64,000 nt of DNA, taken from positions 28,970 to 92,969 of IMG/VR virus record IMGVR_UViG_3300028914_000066; one strand, written 5' to 3'. Every line of letters begins with the position of its first letter. Position 1 is the first letter of the stretch. Source of the DNA: a virus (lineage: Duplodnaviria; Caudoviricetes). Below the pieces are notes generated by a model. That model worked only from the letters and a program-made list of their open reading frames with translations. It did no database searches and was not told the DNA's origin. Of this stretch, positions 1-9,599 are shown piece after piece. The translations under genes were made by a program, and so were the position numbers.

Positions 1-101
1 TTAAAAAAATTAGTACAGATGTAGTACAATCCGTATTTAATATGGGATATTGGATTAATAATACATTCTGGGATAACTTTGATGGTTGGAAAAATGGGTG
101 A
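1..101 (+). CDS. 3' end of an upstream gene, truncated by the window edge (…GYWINNTFWDNFDGWKNG*); probably tail-associated
   Basis: Frame 3 is open from base 3 to TGA at 99-101 and overlaps the next ATG at 94. Not in the ORF track. Confidence 0.6.
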   Translation, partial: KKISTDVVQSVFNMGYWINNTFWDNFDGWKNG

Positions 102-357
102 AAAAACAATTATTATAAATGAAAATGGCTGTCCTAATAGCCTACAAGTGAGTGTATTACAAGATGTACCTGAAGGTAATTTTTCTCCAGGTAGACCTGT
201 AGTGATTAAAAATATAACTGATGATGCAATTCAACTTTCAGTTCGTCTTGTTAATCAAGATAATTTTGTAACAACACAAATTTATCCTGGTTGGAATCCA
301 GAACTTATTATTGAAATTGAAGATGTTGAAGCTGATACTTTACAATATGGTTATTAA
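94..357 (+). CDS. Small hypothetical protein, tail-fibre region
   Basis: Track ORF 79..357. The ATG at 94 (MGEKT…) overlaps the upstream stop and is the more likely start. Confidence 0.7.
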   Translation: MGEKTIIINENGCPNSLQVSVLQDVPEGNFSPGRPVVIKNITDDAIQLSVRLVNQDNFVTTQIYPGWNPELIIEIEDVEADTLQYGY

Positions 358-375
358 AATTAAATATTAACTAAT

Positions 376-3300
376 ATGGCTAAAAAATATTCAAATAATC
401 CTATTCCTGATAAATATACTGATTGGGGTAAAGATCCTACATATCATAATTATCCTTTTAGTGGTAGATCAGTTCAAAATTATATAAAGGAACAATTTGA
501 CAATAAAGTTGGTTATCTCCATCCAGATGCTAGTAATGAAAATTATTTATTATTTGCAGATGAAGATAACTATAACCTTTATATGTCAGATCCTGTACAA
601 TATGCAGATTTGCTTATAGGTACTGTTCCTTTAGCATCAAATTATGTAGTTGCTATAGATTTAGAAAATACTGAAACTATCAATTATATTAATTATGGTG
701 ATACAGGTAACTATATTCAGGCTTACTTTAAAGTTTTAAATAAAGGTGGTGCTGAAATTAGTGATGAGTTTAAAGTTACAATTACAATTCGTAATGGTTC
801 AGCTGTAACTACACTTCATAGAAATGCAACTTATGGTACATTATTTAGCTTAAATATTGATGAATATTTAACTGAAGGAACTAATGTTGTTACTTTATCA
901 GTAGCAGCAGTTACTTATGGTGTAGGTAGTTCTATATCATTAATGTATCATGCTATTGTTCTTAGAGTATCTGATGATTTAGATTTATCAGAAGTTTATG
1001 GTTCTGAGAATGAAGTTATTGAAGCTGCTGTACATATTGAAGGTACAGGTACTAAAAGAATTGAATGGTTTGTTGATGGAGTTCAACTTCCTTTTGATTC
1101 TCAAACTGATGAAACATCTCAATCTTCTACAACTTTAACAAGATATATTTCTGTATCACAATTAGCTGAAGGTAGACATAATCTTCAATATAGGGCAGTT
1201 GTTAATATTAATAGTGTTAATTTCTATAGTGATACTCAATATAGAGATTTCATTGTTTATAGAGGACAAACTTTAGATACTATTATTGTCAATTCTTTCT
1301 CTTATAGGGGAGTTTCTCTTATTGATCCTACTGATGATCCTATTGATTTGGGTTCAGTAGAGCAATATATGACAAAAGAAATAAAGTATGCTATTTATAA
1401 TCCTAATAATGTAGCAGTAAATTCTCTTGAAATAACTATTGCTGGTAAAACTACTACAGTAAATGCTGATAATTATAATGAATATACTTATGAATTAAAA
1501 GCATTTAGTGCAGGTTCAACAAGTTTATCATTTAGTTTAAATGGTACAACATTGGAATATAATGTAGATGTTGAACAATCAAGTTTAGATTTAGATACAA
1601 TAGGTAATACTGAATTTGAATTTGAAGGTAATTGTAGAGTTAATACATCTATTGATAAACGATTAGAGAATTGGTCTTTCCATGCTTTGAGTGGTAGTAC
1701 TTATGCTGCTTCTATGAGTGGATTTGATTATACTGAAAGAAATGGTTGGACAGGTGAAGGATTAATGATAGGTGCTGGAGCTTCTCTTGCATTTAATTGT
1801 GCGCCTTTAAATTATAATATTGTTCAAAATGGTGGTACATTTGAATTTGAATTTGAAACAAGACGAGTTCTTGATGATGATGAAATAATTTGCACTTTGA
1901 TGCAAAATGGTGTTGGTATTAGAATTACTGCATCTGAAGCTAAGATTGTATCACAACAAGGTGTTGAATTATCTTGTAAATATAAAGCTGAAGAAAGAAA
2001 TAGAATTACATTTGTAATTAATCCTTTAAATGCTGCTGTTAATAAAGGTCTTGTATTTATCTTTATTAATGGTATTCTTTCTGGTGTAAAGAATTATCAA
2101 GTTGGTGATAGTTTTACATCAAATATATATGCTGTATTTGCAGGTAGTGCTGATGCTAATATTGTTCTTTATCAATTAAGATTTTATAGAAGAGCTTTAC
2201 GTCTTGATGAAGTTCTTAATAACTATATTCTTTACAGACCTACTGTTGATGAATTATTAGAAGCTTATGATAAGAATGATATTTATACAGGTGGTTCATT
2301 ATCACTTGATAAACTTTCTGCTCAAACTCCTATTATAATTATAACAGGTAATGTTCAAGAACTTCAAGACTTTACAAAAGCAGATAAAGGAACATATAGA
2401 AAGATGGCTAAGATTGAAGTTATAAATACTGATGATCCTACTAGAAATCTTACTCTTGTTGATGCTAGTATGCGTTGTCAGGGTACATCTTCTATGAACT
2501 ATCCTAAAAAGAATTTCCGTTTCTATACTCAGGCTGATAGTAAAGATGAAACTGTAGCATCTTATACAACTAAGATGTACGATTATGAAGGTACTGAATA
2601 TACAGGTGAAGATAGACTTTATGCTTTCAAACAAGGTGCTCAGCCAGTTAAAACTTGGTGTTTGAAAGCTGATTATGCTGAATCTTCTTCAACACATAAT
2701 ACAGGTACTGCAAGACTTTGGAATAATCTTCTTAAAAATGCAGTTATTCAGAATATAGATCAAAGATATTGTCAAAAAGGAAGTATTCCTTATAATGGTA
2801 CTACTCCTTGTAGAACACAAGCTCAGCAAGCTGCTATTGATAATAACTATGAATATGATGTTCGTACTGCTATTGATGGATTTCCTATTGTACTTTTCTA
2901 TCATCTTAATGAAAATGATCCTCTTATATTCTTAGGAAAATATAATTGGAATAACGATAAATCAACTGAATCAGTATTTGGTTTTAAAGATGTTCCTGGC
3001 TTTAATAATGAACATATGGAATGTTGGGAAGTTGTTAATGGTGACTATCCTGAAAACTTATTTACTGATTTAAGTAATTGGGATACTGATATTCAATATG
3101 AAGGTAAAACCATGAAAGGATGGCAACGTGCTTTTGAAGCTCGTTATCCTGATGATAGTGGTAAACCTTCAGAACAAACTCGTGCAGATCAAGCTCTTAA
3201 AACTTTTGCAACTTGGATTAATGGATTGAAAACTGCTGCTAAAGTTCAAGGAGGTCAGGTAGTTGTAGACGATGTTTCAGTTATGGCTACATTTAGTGAA

Positions 3301-6300
3301 CAAAAATGGCTTCATATGGATGTTTATAAGATGGCTGCTTATTATGTTTATCTTATGCGTCAAGGAGCTGTAGACCAGACTGTTAAAAATGCAATGTTTA
3401 CAACTGAAGATGGTCAGCATTGGTATTATATTCTTTACGATAATGATACTATTAATGGTTTGGATAACAATGGTGCATTAGCATTTGGATATAATATTGA
3501 TAGACAAACTATTGATCCTAGAACAGGTAATAGTTATTGTTATGCTGGTCATGATTCTGTTCTTTGGAATAATCTTGAAGCTGATGCTGATTTTATGGCA
3601 ATTGTTAAAATTGTAGACCAAGCTCTTTATAATGTAGGTCTTACATATGCAGCTGCTATAAATATGTATAATAATGAACAATCTAAGAAGTGGTCTGAAA
3701 GAATACATAATCTTGATTCTCAGTATAAGTATCTTGATCCTTGGCTTAATGATAATAACTCAGTAGGTCTTCCTAAACTTCAAGGTGCTCGTGATACTCA
3801 TCGTCAATGGTGGTTATCTAACAGATTTGCATTATATGATGCAATTAATGTTACAGGTGCTTATAAAGCTAATGTATTCCTTGTACGTGTATCTTCTGTT
3901 ACATTACCTGCTCCTGTAAATGCTTATATAACTCCTGCTAGAACAGGTCAAGTTTATGGTTATGGTAAAGGTGGTGTACCTATAGTTGCTGGTGTAATTG
4001 GAACTGTTGATGTTCCTATTGCTATGCAAATTAGCGATGAACTTTATGTTGGTGCATCATTAGATTTCTATAATGCTGTATTTGCTAAGAAGATTGATAT
4101 TTCTGCTATATCTCAATATCTTACTGAAATTCATCTTGAGGCTATTAATTCAGAAGCTTTTGATTCTTCACTTGAAGAATTGATTTTAGGTACTGAAATT
4201 TCTGAAGTAAATGTTAATGCTTTAACACAATTAACTAATTTAGGTAAAGCTAAATATTTAAAGAAACTTGGTATTTGCAACTTTAATGGTCTTGTAAGTA
4301 TTGATTTATCACAAAATAATTATCTTGAAGAATTAGATGCTCGTGGGTGTGCTAATTTAACTAATATAGTATTTCCTGATGCAGCACCTATTAGTGCATT
4401 ATATTTGCCTGCTAATTTACAACGACTCGCCCTTAAAGAGATAACAACATTACAAACTTTAAGTTTAGTAAATAATGGTGAAACTATTACAAATATTGAT
4501 ATTCGTAATTGTAATATTGCTGGATTTACAGATGCACCTACTAAACTTTTTGCTTGGATGAATGCTAGAGGTGATGTTCAAGGTCAATTAGATGTTTATG
4601 TAGATAATATTAATTGGAATAATATAGATCCTGATGATATTATTGAGTTTGGTCAATATGTTAAATCTAAAGGTTATCTTACATTAAAAGGTAGATGTGT
4701 TCTTTCTAGTTTAACTCTTGAACAAGTTGATAGTTTAAGAGAAGTATTTGGTAATAATTGTTTTGATGCTGATGCTTCACTTAGATTTATTGCTACAGGT
4801 ATATTCTTTACAGGTCCTGATGATATACTTTCTGATGGTCAATATCAATATGCTGTTGTAAATGCTACTGGTGCACAAGGTACTATTACATATTCTATTA
4901 CTCAATCTGCTAGTATTACAGGATTAACTATTAGTAATCAAGGTTTACTTACTGTTCCTGAAGTAACAGGTAGTGATAAAAATATTACAATTCGTGCTAC
5001 TTTTGAGGATGCAACAACAGGTGATATTACTAATGAAACAATGAATATTGTTGTAAGAAAACGTGTATATCCTGCAAATGCTACTATTAATGGTCCTGCT
5101 AGAGTTGAAAGTAGAGAAACATATAATTGGTCTACAACTACAACAGGTATTAATACAAATGATAAAATGTATGCAGAATGGACTTTAACAGGTGATATTA
5201 CTAATTCTGTTAGAATAGCATCTCAAAATTTACAATCTTGCATACTTGAATTATTTGGTAGTCCTATAAATGAAACTGGTACTTTAACATTAACATTAAA
5301 GAAAGTTGCTGATGATAGTACAATTCTAACTACAACTATGAATGTATCAGCTTTTAATAATTCTATTGCATTTACAAAAGAAACAGATCCTTATCTTGTA
5401 GAAGTAATGCATAGTAATTATAATGCTAATGGGGATCTTCTTTGTGCAAGTGCAGATTATATGACTAAAGCAGAATGTAATGCAGTTGTAAATGAAGATT
5501 TATATCAACATTTAACTCCTACACAAGCTAATAGTATATTTTATAACAATACTAATTTTAGAAATTATTGTACAAATTTAGATGCTTTAAAATATTTTAC
5601 TGGACTTACAGAAATACCAGATTATTGTTTTTATGCATGTAATATAATTGAAATAACAATACCAGAAAATATAGTAGTAATAGGCAATAATGCGTTAAAA
5701 TATTATAATACTGTAAATAATGAATCTTCTTATAAATTAAATAAATTAGAATTTATAGATAATATAAAACCTATTACAATAAATGGTTTAAATTTAAGAA
5801 TAAATTCAGATTTAATATTTACAAAACCTATAATTATTACACAATCAGCTGGTTTATGTTTTTGGAATAATAATAGAGATATTTTACGTACTGTAACATT
5901 CAATAAATTAAATATAAATAATGGTTCAGTATGTACTGGTGGTATTGGTAGTAGTGGAAGCTATTGGCTTACTAGTAATATAACATTAAAAGTTTTAGAA
6001 TCAGATTATATAAAACAAGAAAATTATGGTTGTTTTTATGCAAAAGATATAGAAATATATTTTGAATTATCAAATGATAATAATTATAAATATTTTGTTA
6101 ACGACATTTCAAATTTATTTTTTAAAGATACAACAATAATTCCAGATAGGGTTATAGCCAACGTAACTAATTTAGATGTAAATATTTATTGTGATAAGGA
6201 AATAAATTATATAGGAAACTATTATCTTTATGGCAAATTATATTTGCTTAATAATACAAGTGTTCCTCAAACTTGTAATTTAATTAATTCACGTCTTGGA

Positions 6301-7167
6301 GGAAAATGCATTGTGGTTCGTCATGATATGTTATCAGCTTTCCAAAATGCATTTCCTGCTATTGCAGATCATTTTACTGATGAATTTACACCAGAAGGCG
6401 ATCCTGTAGATTTTACAGTTACAGGCGATGATGTTCCTGGACAAGCTATAGGAACTATTCTTCATGTAGCTAAAACTTATAATGGTCATTACGCTGATGG
6501 AACTCAAGGACAAGAAGTAATAGTTGAAGATATGGAACAAGAGGATAACTTCTTTGCTCAAAATGAAGGTAATACACCTATTACAAGAACTTTTAATGTT
6601 ACAATTGATACAATTACAAAAAGTTGTACTATAAATCAAGAAGTAATAGATAATACTTTGAGTGAATTTGAGTATCCAACAGGAAATAATATTAAAGTTA
6701 TTTATGGTACAACATATAAAGATGATATTATAAATCTTTATATAGATAATAAAAAGAAAATTATAAACAGAACTAATTATAATATACAAAATTCTGGTTA
6801 TAATGTATTAATGAAATTAAATTCAAATATAACAAATAGTACAAGTTTATACGGAACTGCAATTAAAAAAGTTAAACTTAAAAATATTAATAATATATAT
6901 AGTTCAATATTTGAGCGATGTTCTAATTTAACTAATGTAGAATTTCCTTCTACTTTAAGTACATTTAAAGGAGATTTATGTAAAAATTGTCCATTAACAG
7001 AATTAATATTTTTAAGTATAACAGCTCCATCTTATTATCAATCTGTAAGTCTTAATACAACAGGTTGGGGTGAAAATGGCATTCTTAAATATCCTCAAGG
7101 TTCTAATTATTCTAATATTACAAGTAGAATTCCTTCAGGTTGGACTACAGAAGAATTAACAATTTAA
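376..7167 (+). CDS. Giant multidomain tail fibre / receptor-binding-type protein (Ig-like, LamG-like, CotH kinase-like and leucine-rich-repeat regions)
   Basis: 2263 aa. LamG-like GGTFEFEF…FIFINGILSG…LYQLRFYRRAL; CotH-like KKNFRF, KADYAESS, DQTVKN, YDNDT; LRRs LEELDARGCANL and BspA-like LKYFTGLTEIPDYCF, FERCSNLTNVEFPSTL. Confidence 0.75.
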   Translation: MAKKYSNNPIPDKYTDWGKDPTYHNYPFSGRSVQNYIKEQFDNKVGYLHPDASNENYLLFADEDNYNLYMSDPVQYADLLIGTVPLASNYVVAIDLENTETINYINYGDTGNYIQAYFKVLNKGGAEISDEFKVTITIRNGSAVTTLHRNATYGTLFSLNIDEYLTEGTNVVTLSVAAVTYGVGSSISLMYHAIVLRVSDDLDLSEVYGSENEVIEAAVHIEGTGTKRIEWFVDGVQLPFDSQTDETSQSSTTLTRYISVSQLAEGRHNLQYRAVVNINSVNFYSDTQYRDFIVYRGQTLDTIIVNSFSYRGVSLIDPTDDPIDLGSVEQYMTKEIKYAIYNPNNVAVNSLEITIAGKTTTVNADNYNEYTYELKAFSAGSTSLSFSLNGTTLEYNVDVEQSSLDLDTIGNTEFEFEGNCRVNTSIDKRLENWSFHALSGSTYAASMSGFDYTERNGWTGEGLMIGAGASLAFNCAPLNYNIVQNGGTFEFEFETRRVLDDDEIICTLMQNGVGIRITASEAKIVSQQGVELSCKYKAEERNRITFVINPLNAAVNKGLVFIFINGILSGVKNYQVGDSFTSNIYAVFAGSADANIVLYQLRFYRRALRLDEVLNNYILYRPTVDELLEAYDKNDIYTGGSLSLDKLSAQTPIIIITGNVQELQDFTKADKGTYRKMAKIEVINTDDPTRNLTLVDASMRCQGTSSMNYPKKNFRFYTQADSKDETVASYTTKMYDYEGTEYTGEDRLYAFKQGAQPVKTWCLKADYAESSSTHNTGTARLWNNLLKNAVIQNIDQRYCQKGSIPYNGTTPCRTQAQQAAIDNNYEYDVRTAIDGFPIVLFYHLNENDPLIFLGKYNWNNDKSTESVFGFKDVPGFNNEHMECWEVVNGDYPENLFTDLSNWDTDIQYEGKTMKGWQRAFEARYPDDSGKPSEQTRADQALKTFATWINGLKTAAKVQGGQVVVDDVSVMATFSEQKWLHMDVYKMAAYYVYLMRQGAVDQTVKNAMFTTEDGQHWYYILYDNDTINGLDNNGALAFGYNIDRQTIDPRTGNSYCYAGHDSVLWNNLEADADFMAIVKIVDQALYNVGLTYAAAINMYNNEQSKKWSERIHNLDSQYKYLDPWLNDNNSVGLPKLQGARDTHRQWWLSNRFALYDAINVTGAYKANVFLVRVSSVTLPAPVNAYITPARTGQVYGYGKGGVPIVAGVIGTVDVPIAMQISDELYVGASLDFYNAVFAKKIDISAISQYLTEIHLEAINSEAFDSSLEELILGTEISEVNVNALTQLTNLGKAKYLKKLGICNFNGLVSIDLSQNNYLEELDARGCANLTNIVFPDAAPISALYLPANLQRLALKEITTLQTLSLVNNGETITNIDIRNCNIAGFTDAPTKLFAWMNARGDVQGQLDVYVDNINWNNIDPDDIIEFGQYVKSKGYLTLKGRCVLSSLTLEQVDSLREVFGNNCFDADASLRFIATGIFFTGPDDILSDGQYQYAVVNATGAQGTITYSITQSASITGLTISNQGLLTVPEVTGSDKNITIRATFEDATTGDITNETMNIVVRKRVYPANATINGPARVESRETYNWSTTTTGINTNDKMYAEWTLTGDITNSVRIASQNLQSCILELFGSPINETGTLTLTLKKVADDSTILTTTMNVSAFNNSIAFTKETDPYLVEVMHSNYNANGDLLCASADYMTKAECNAVVNEDLYQHLTPTQANSIFYNNTNFRNYCTNLDALKYFTGLTEIPDYCFYACNIIEITIPENIVVIGNNALKYYNTVNNESSYKLNKLEFIDNIKPITINGLNLRINSDLIFTKPIIITQSAGLCFWNNNRDILRTVTFNKLNINNGSVCTGGIGSSGSYWLTSNITLKVLESDYIKQENYGCFYAKDIEIYFELSNDNNYKYFVNDISNLFFKDTTIIPDRVIANVTNLDVNIYCDKEINYIGNYYLYGKLYLLNNTSVPQTCNLINSRLGGKCIVVRHDMLSAFQNAFPAIADHFTDEFTPEGDPVDFTVTGDDVPGQAIGTILHVAKTYNGHYADGTQGQEVIVEDMEQEDNFFAQNEGNTPITRTFNVTIDTITKSCTINQEVIDNTLSEFEYPTGNNIKVIYGTTYKDDIINLYIDNKKKIINRTNYNIQNSGYNVLMKLNSNITNSTSLYGTAIKKVKLKNINNIYSSIFERCSNLTNVEFPSTLSTFKGDLCKNCPLTELIFLSITAPSYYQSVSLNTTGWGENGILKYPQGSNYSNITSRIPSGWTTEELTI
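1297..1314 (+). repeat. Dispersed motif copy 1 (G-orientation, degenerate)
   Basis: ttctcttataggggagtt, inside CDS 376..7167. Confidence 0.55.
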
Positions 7168-7180
7168 ATTAAAATAAACT

Positions 7181-7573
7181 ATGTATAAGATTGATAACAT
7201 TGTATATTCAGATGCTGGTAAGCTTTTAATATTTGATAAATTTAAAGGTTATTCTCATATAGGTAATATTGAAGATTTTAGTGAAATTAAAATTAATTTA
7301 AACTTAGCTACTATTGAAAATAATATAATTACTTTTGATGGTTTAGCTCCAATTTACATTAATGAAACTAATAGTAAATATAATTATGGAAATTGGAAGA
7401 AACATATTATTAATCTAAGATATTCTAACGATGATCAAATAGCTATCATTTTAAATAAAGATAGTGGTGATGAAAAGGATTTATTAAGATATAATAAAAT
7501 GCAAGAATGGAGAGTATGGGCTGGACAACTTGCTAATAAAATCTTAGAAATGCTTAATATTAACAATAATTAA
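7181..7573 (+). CDS. Hypothetical protein, probable tail-fibre-associated/chaperone protein
   Basis: 130 aa directly after the fibre gene. C-terminal RYSNDDQIAIILN…MQEWR resembles small genes that follow fibre genes in Bacteroidota phages. Confidence 0.6.
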   Translation: MYKIDNIVYSDAGKLLIFDKFKGYSHIGNIEDFSEIKINLNLATIENNIITFDGLAPIYINETNSKYNYGNWKKHIINLRYSNDDQIAIILNKDSGDEKDLLRYNKMQEWRVWAGQLANKILEMLNINNN

Positions 7574-7584
7574 CTTAAATAAAT

Positions 7585-7622
7585 TGATAGTCTGAAGATA
7601 GTAATATATCTTTGGACTATCA
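7585..7622 (+). terminator. Probable intrinsic terminator
   Basis: Inverted repeat tgatagtctgaagata / tatctttggactatca followed by tttatt, just after the stop at 7573. Confidence 0.7.
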
Positions 7623-7643
7623 TTTATTAATATTAATAGTTAT

Positions 7644-7781
7644 ATGATAATTACTGATAATAAACATAATAAAGTTTATATTACTACTCCTTTTGGATGT
7701 ATAACTATAAAAGATATACATACAAATGTTATAAATAAAACAGATAACGAAATAATAAATACAACATTTAGTTATGATTGA
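7644..7781 (+). CDS. Small hypothetical protein (45 aa, MIITDNKHNKVYITTPFGC…)
   Basis: Hand-translated ATG 7644 to TGA 7781. Fills the gap and overlaps the next start. Below the track cutoff. Confidence 0.45.
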   Translation: MIITDNKHNKVYITTPFGCITIKDIHTNVINKTDNEIINTTFSYD

Positions 7782-8028
7782 ATATAAGTTTGAAACTAAA
7801 TTTAAAGTTGGAGATAAAATATTGGCTTTCTTTGATGGAAATTTATCTTATGGAATTGTAGATAGGATTGAAAGTAATACTATGATGTATTCTGATGTAA
7901 AAACAACAAACAATAGATATTTTTGTTCACCACTTCCAGATAGAACTAAACCAGGTCAAAGAATATTTAAAGAAAATGAAGTATTTAAAGATAAAGAAGA
8001 ATTAATAAATAGTATAAACAAATTATGA
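7774..8028 (+). CDS. Hypothetical protein (SH3/KOW-like beta barrel)
   Basis: 84 aa with TKFKVGD…ENEVFKDKEELI, a pattern typical of small Bacteroidota phage proteins. Confidence 0.7.
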   Translation: MIEYKFETKFKVGDKILAFFDGNLSYGIVDRIESNTMMYSDVKTTNNRYFCSPLPDRTKPGQRIFKENEVFKDKEELINSINKL

Positions 8029-8228
8029 CTGCTAATGAAGAGAAAGAACTACTTAGATTAACTAAAGAAAATAACTTTATGTTAAAACAAATGTATGGTT
8101 ATATTTCTCATCATATAGCAAATATTAATCAAGAGAATACGGATGACTTTATTAGAAATATTCTTGCTAATGTTATTTCTAACTCCCCTTTAAAAGGAAA
8201 TGATAACAATGGATTTAACAATAGATGA
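8025..8228 (+). CDS. Hypothetical protein
   Basis: 67 aa, ATGA-coupled to the previous gene. Confidence 0.65.
   Translation: MTANEEKELLRLTKENNFMLKQMYGYISHHIANINQENTDDFIRNILANVISNSPLKGNDNNGFNNR
8181..8200 (-). repeat. Dispersed motif copy 2 (C-orientation)
   Basis: aactcccctttaaaaggaaa; encodes NSPLKG. Confidence 0.75.
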
Positions 8229-8283
8229 TAATACTAAAAATAAAATAATTAATCGTTATATTAATAAATTAAAACTTAAACGT

Positions 8284-8787
8284 ATGGAACTTAAACACAC
8301 TGTTTCTTTAATGCTTAGTTCTGATTATAAAGAACGTTTTATAGCAGAGTATCTTCAAGTTAAAATTAGATATGAAAAACTTATTGCTATGTGTAATAAG
8401 TGGGATGAAGGTAAACTTGAGTTTACACCTACTTGTCCTAGAAGTCTTTATGCTGACCAACTTGGATATATGCAAGCTTATATGTCAGTTCTTGAAGAAC
8501 GTGCTAAACTTGAAGGTATTGATTTATCTGAAGAAACTTTAGCTCATAGAACAGAGTATGTTCCTAGAGTTAAGGAATTTAGACAACTTGGTGATGAATT
8601 AATTCAATCTGTTAAAGAACTTCAACCTTCTAAAGAAGTTGAATTAAGTATAATTAAATTTCAAGAAGGTGTTATGTGGTTAGGTATGGAACTTAAACGT
8701 ATTAATGAACCTAATCCTTATCCTAATAGCAAAGATGCTAGCACAGGAAACGTTATTGATAAAACAGCTGATGGTTTAAAACTTTAA
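8284..8787 (+). CDS. crAss001_48-like domain fused to an Acb2/Tad1-like hairpin domain (candidate anti-defence sponge)
   Basis: Track ORF 8200..8787, likely start ATG 8284. N-half SSDYKERFIAEY…TPTCP…MQAYMSVLEERA; C-half SKEVELSIIKFQEGVMWLG resembles the Tad1/Acb2 'RExSLAITKLEEAxMWL' helix. Confidence 0.6.
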   Translation: MELKHTVSLMLSSDYKERFIAEYLQVKIRYEKLIAMCNKWDEGKLEFTPTCPRSLYADQLGYMQAYMSVLEERAKLEGIDLSEETLAHRTEYVPRVKEFRQLGDELIQSVKELQPSKEVELSIIKFQEGVMWLGMELKRINEPNPYPNSKDASTGNVIDKTADGLKL

Positions 8788-8790
8788 TAT

Positions 8791-9114
8791 ATGGAAAATA
8801 TTATTAATGAGATTATTCAATCAATTCTTAGTAGTTTTGATTTTGCTTTTTGTCTTATAGTTAATTTAGCAACTTACTTTGTTATTCAAGGTCTTACTGC
8901 TTGTAAACTTAATCTTGGTACTTGGGCTAAAAGAGGCATTTTAGTAGCAATCATTCTTCTTACGGGGGTGCTTTATAAGGTTACTAATGCTGATGATATA
9001 AGAGTTCTTATTAATAGTGCAATACTTGCACCTGTTAGTTGGAGTTGGATATTTAAACCTATACTTAAATATTTAGGTCTTGATTATAAAAAGAAAGAAG
9101 ATGGCAAAGAGTAA
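8791..9114 (+). CDS. Putative holin
   Basis: 107 aa with about three hydrophobic segments and a highly charged C-terminus (YKKKEDGKE). Confidence 0.65.
   Translation: MENIINEIIQSILSSFDFAFCLIVNLATYFVIQGLTACKLNLGTWAKRGILVAIILLTGVLYKVTNADDIRVLINSAILAPVSWSWIFKPILKYLGLDYKKKEDGKE
8954..8973 (+). repeat. Dispersed motif copy 3 (G-orientation)
   Basis: ttcttcttacgggggtgctt, inside the holin gene. Confidence 0.85.
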
Positions 9115-9235
9115 TTCAAGTAAAAGTTCCAATAGTAAATCCAATAGTTCTAGACGACCTCAACCTAAATCTCCTCCTGGTGGTTATAGTGGTAAAAGAA
9201 CTAGGTATGATGAAGGAGGAGAAATTGATTGGTAA
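9101..9235 (+). CDS. Small basic Ser-rich peptide (44 aa, MAKSNSSKSS…KRTRYDEGGEIDW)
   Basis: Hand-translated ATG 9101 to TAA 9235. Overlaps both neighbours and has A/T-ending codons. Missing from the track. Confidence 0.6.
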   Translation: MAKSNSSKSSNSKSNSSRRPQPKSPPGGYSGKRTRYDEGGEIDW

Positions 9236-9599
9236 AGCTCTTTATAAAATAAGTTTGTATCTGCTAGAGAAGATACCAATGGTAACTGCGGTATTGTATC
9301 TAGCAGATACTATTTTATCCTATTTTACAGATAAAAGTAATGCAATTATTTCTCCTATATGTGGAATGTCATTACTTCCTATTATTTTCTTTTATGTTAC
9401 TTCTATAACATTTGGATTTTGTAAATGGCATAGAATGTTTATACATTATATTGTAGTCAATGAAGCATTAAGTTGGTATGATTATTATGTTGGTATTCCA
9501 TTAAATGCAGTTAATTTATTAATGTTAAACTTAATAATAGCAGGAATATTTTTGTTTTTAATAATATATTTCAAGTTTAGAGTATGCGTGAAGGATTAA
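9207..9599 (+). CDS. Hypothetical membrane protein (about four TM helices)
   Basis: Track ORF 9180..9599, likely start ATG 9207/9210. Hydrophobic segments and an FGFCKWHR motif. Confidence 0.7.
   Translation: MMKEEKLIGKALYKISLYLLEKIPMVTAVLYLADTILSYFTDKSNAIISPICGMSLLPIIFFYVTSITFGFCKWHRMFIHYIVVNEALSWYDYYVGIPLNAVNLLMLNLIIAGIFLFLIIYFKFRVCVKD

Noticed and set aside
376-7167. Diversity-generating retroelement targeting the fibre gene
   Set aside because: No reverse transcriptase and no TR/VR repeat pair seen in this window; cannot be excluded elsewhere in the genome.
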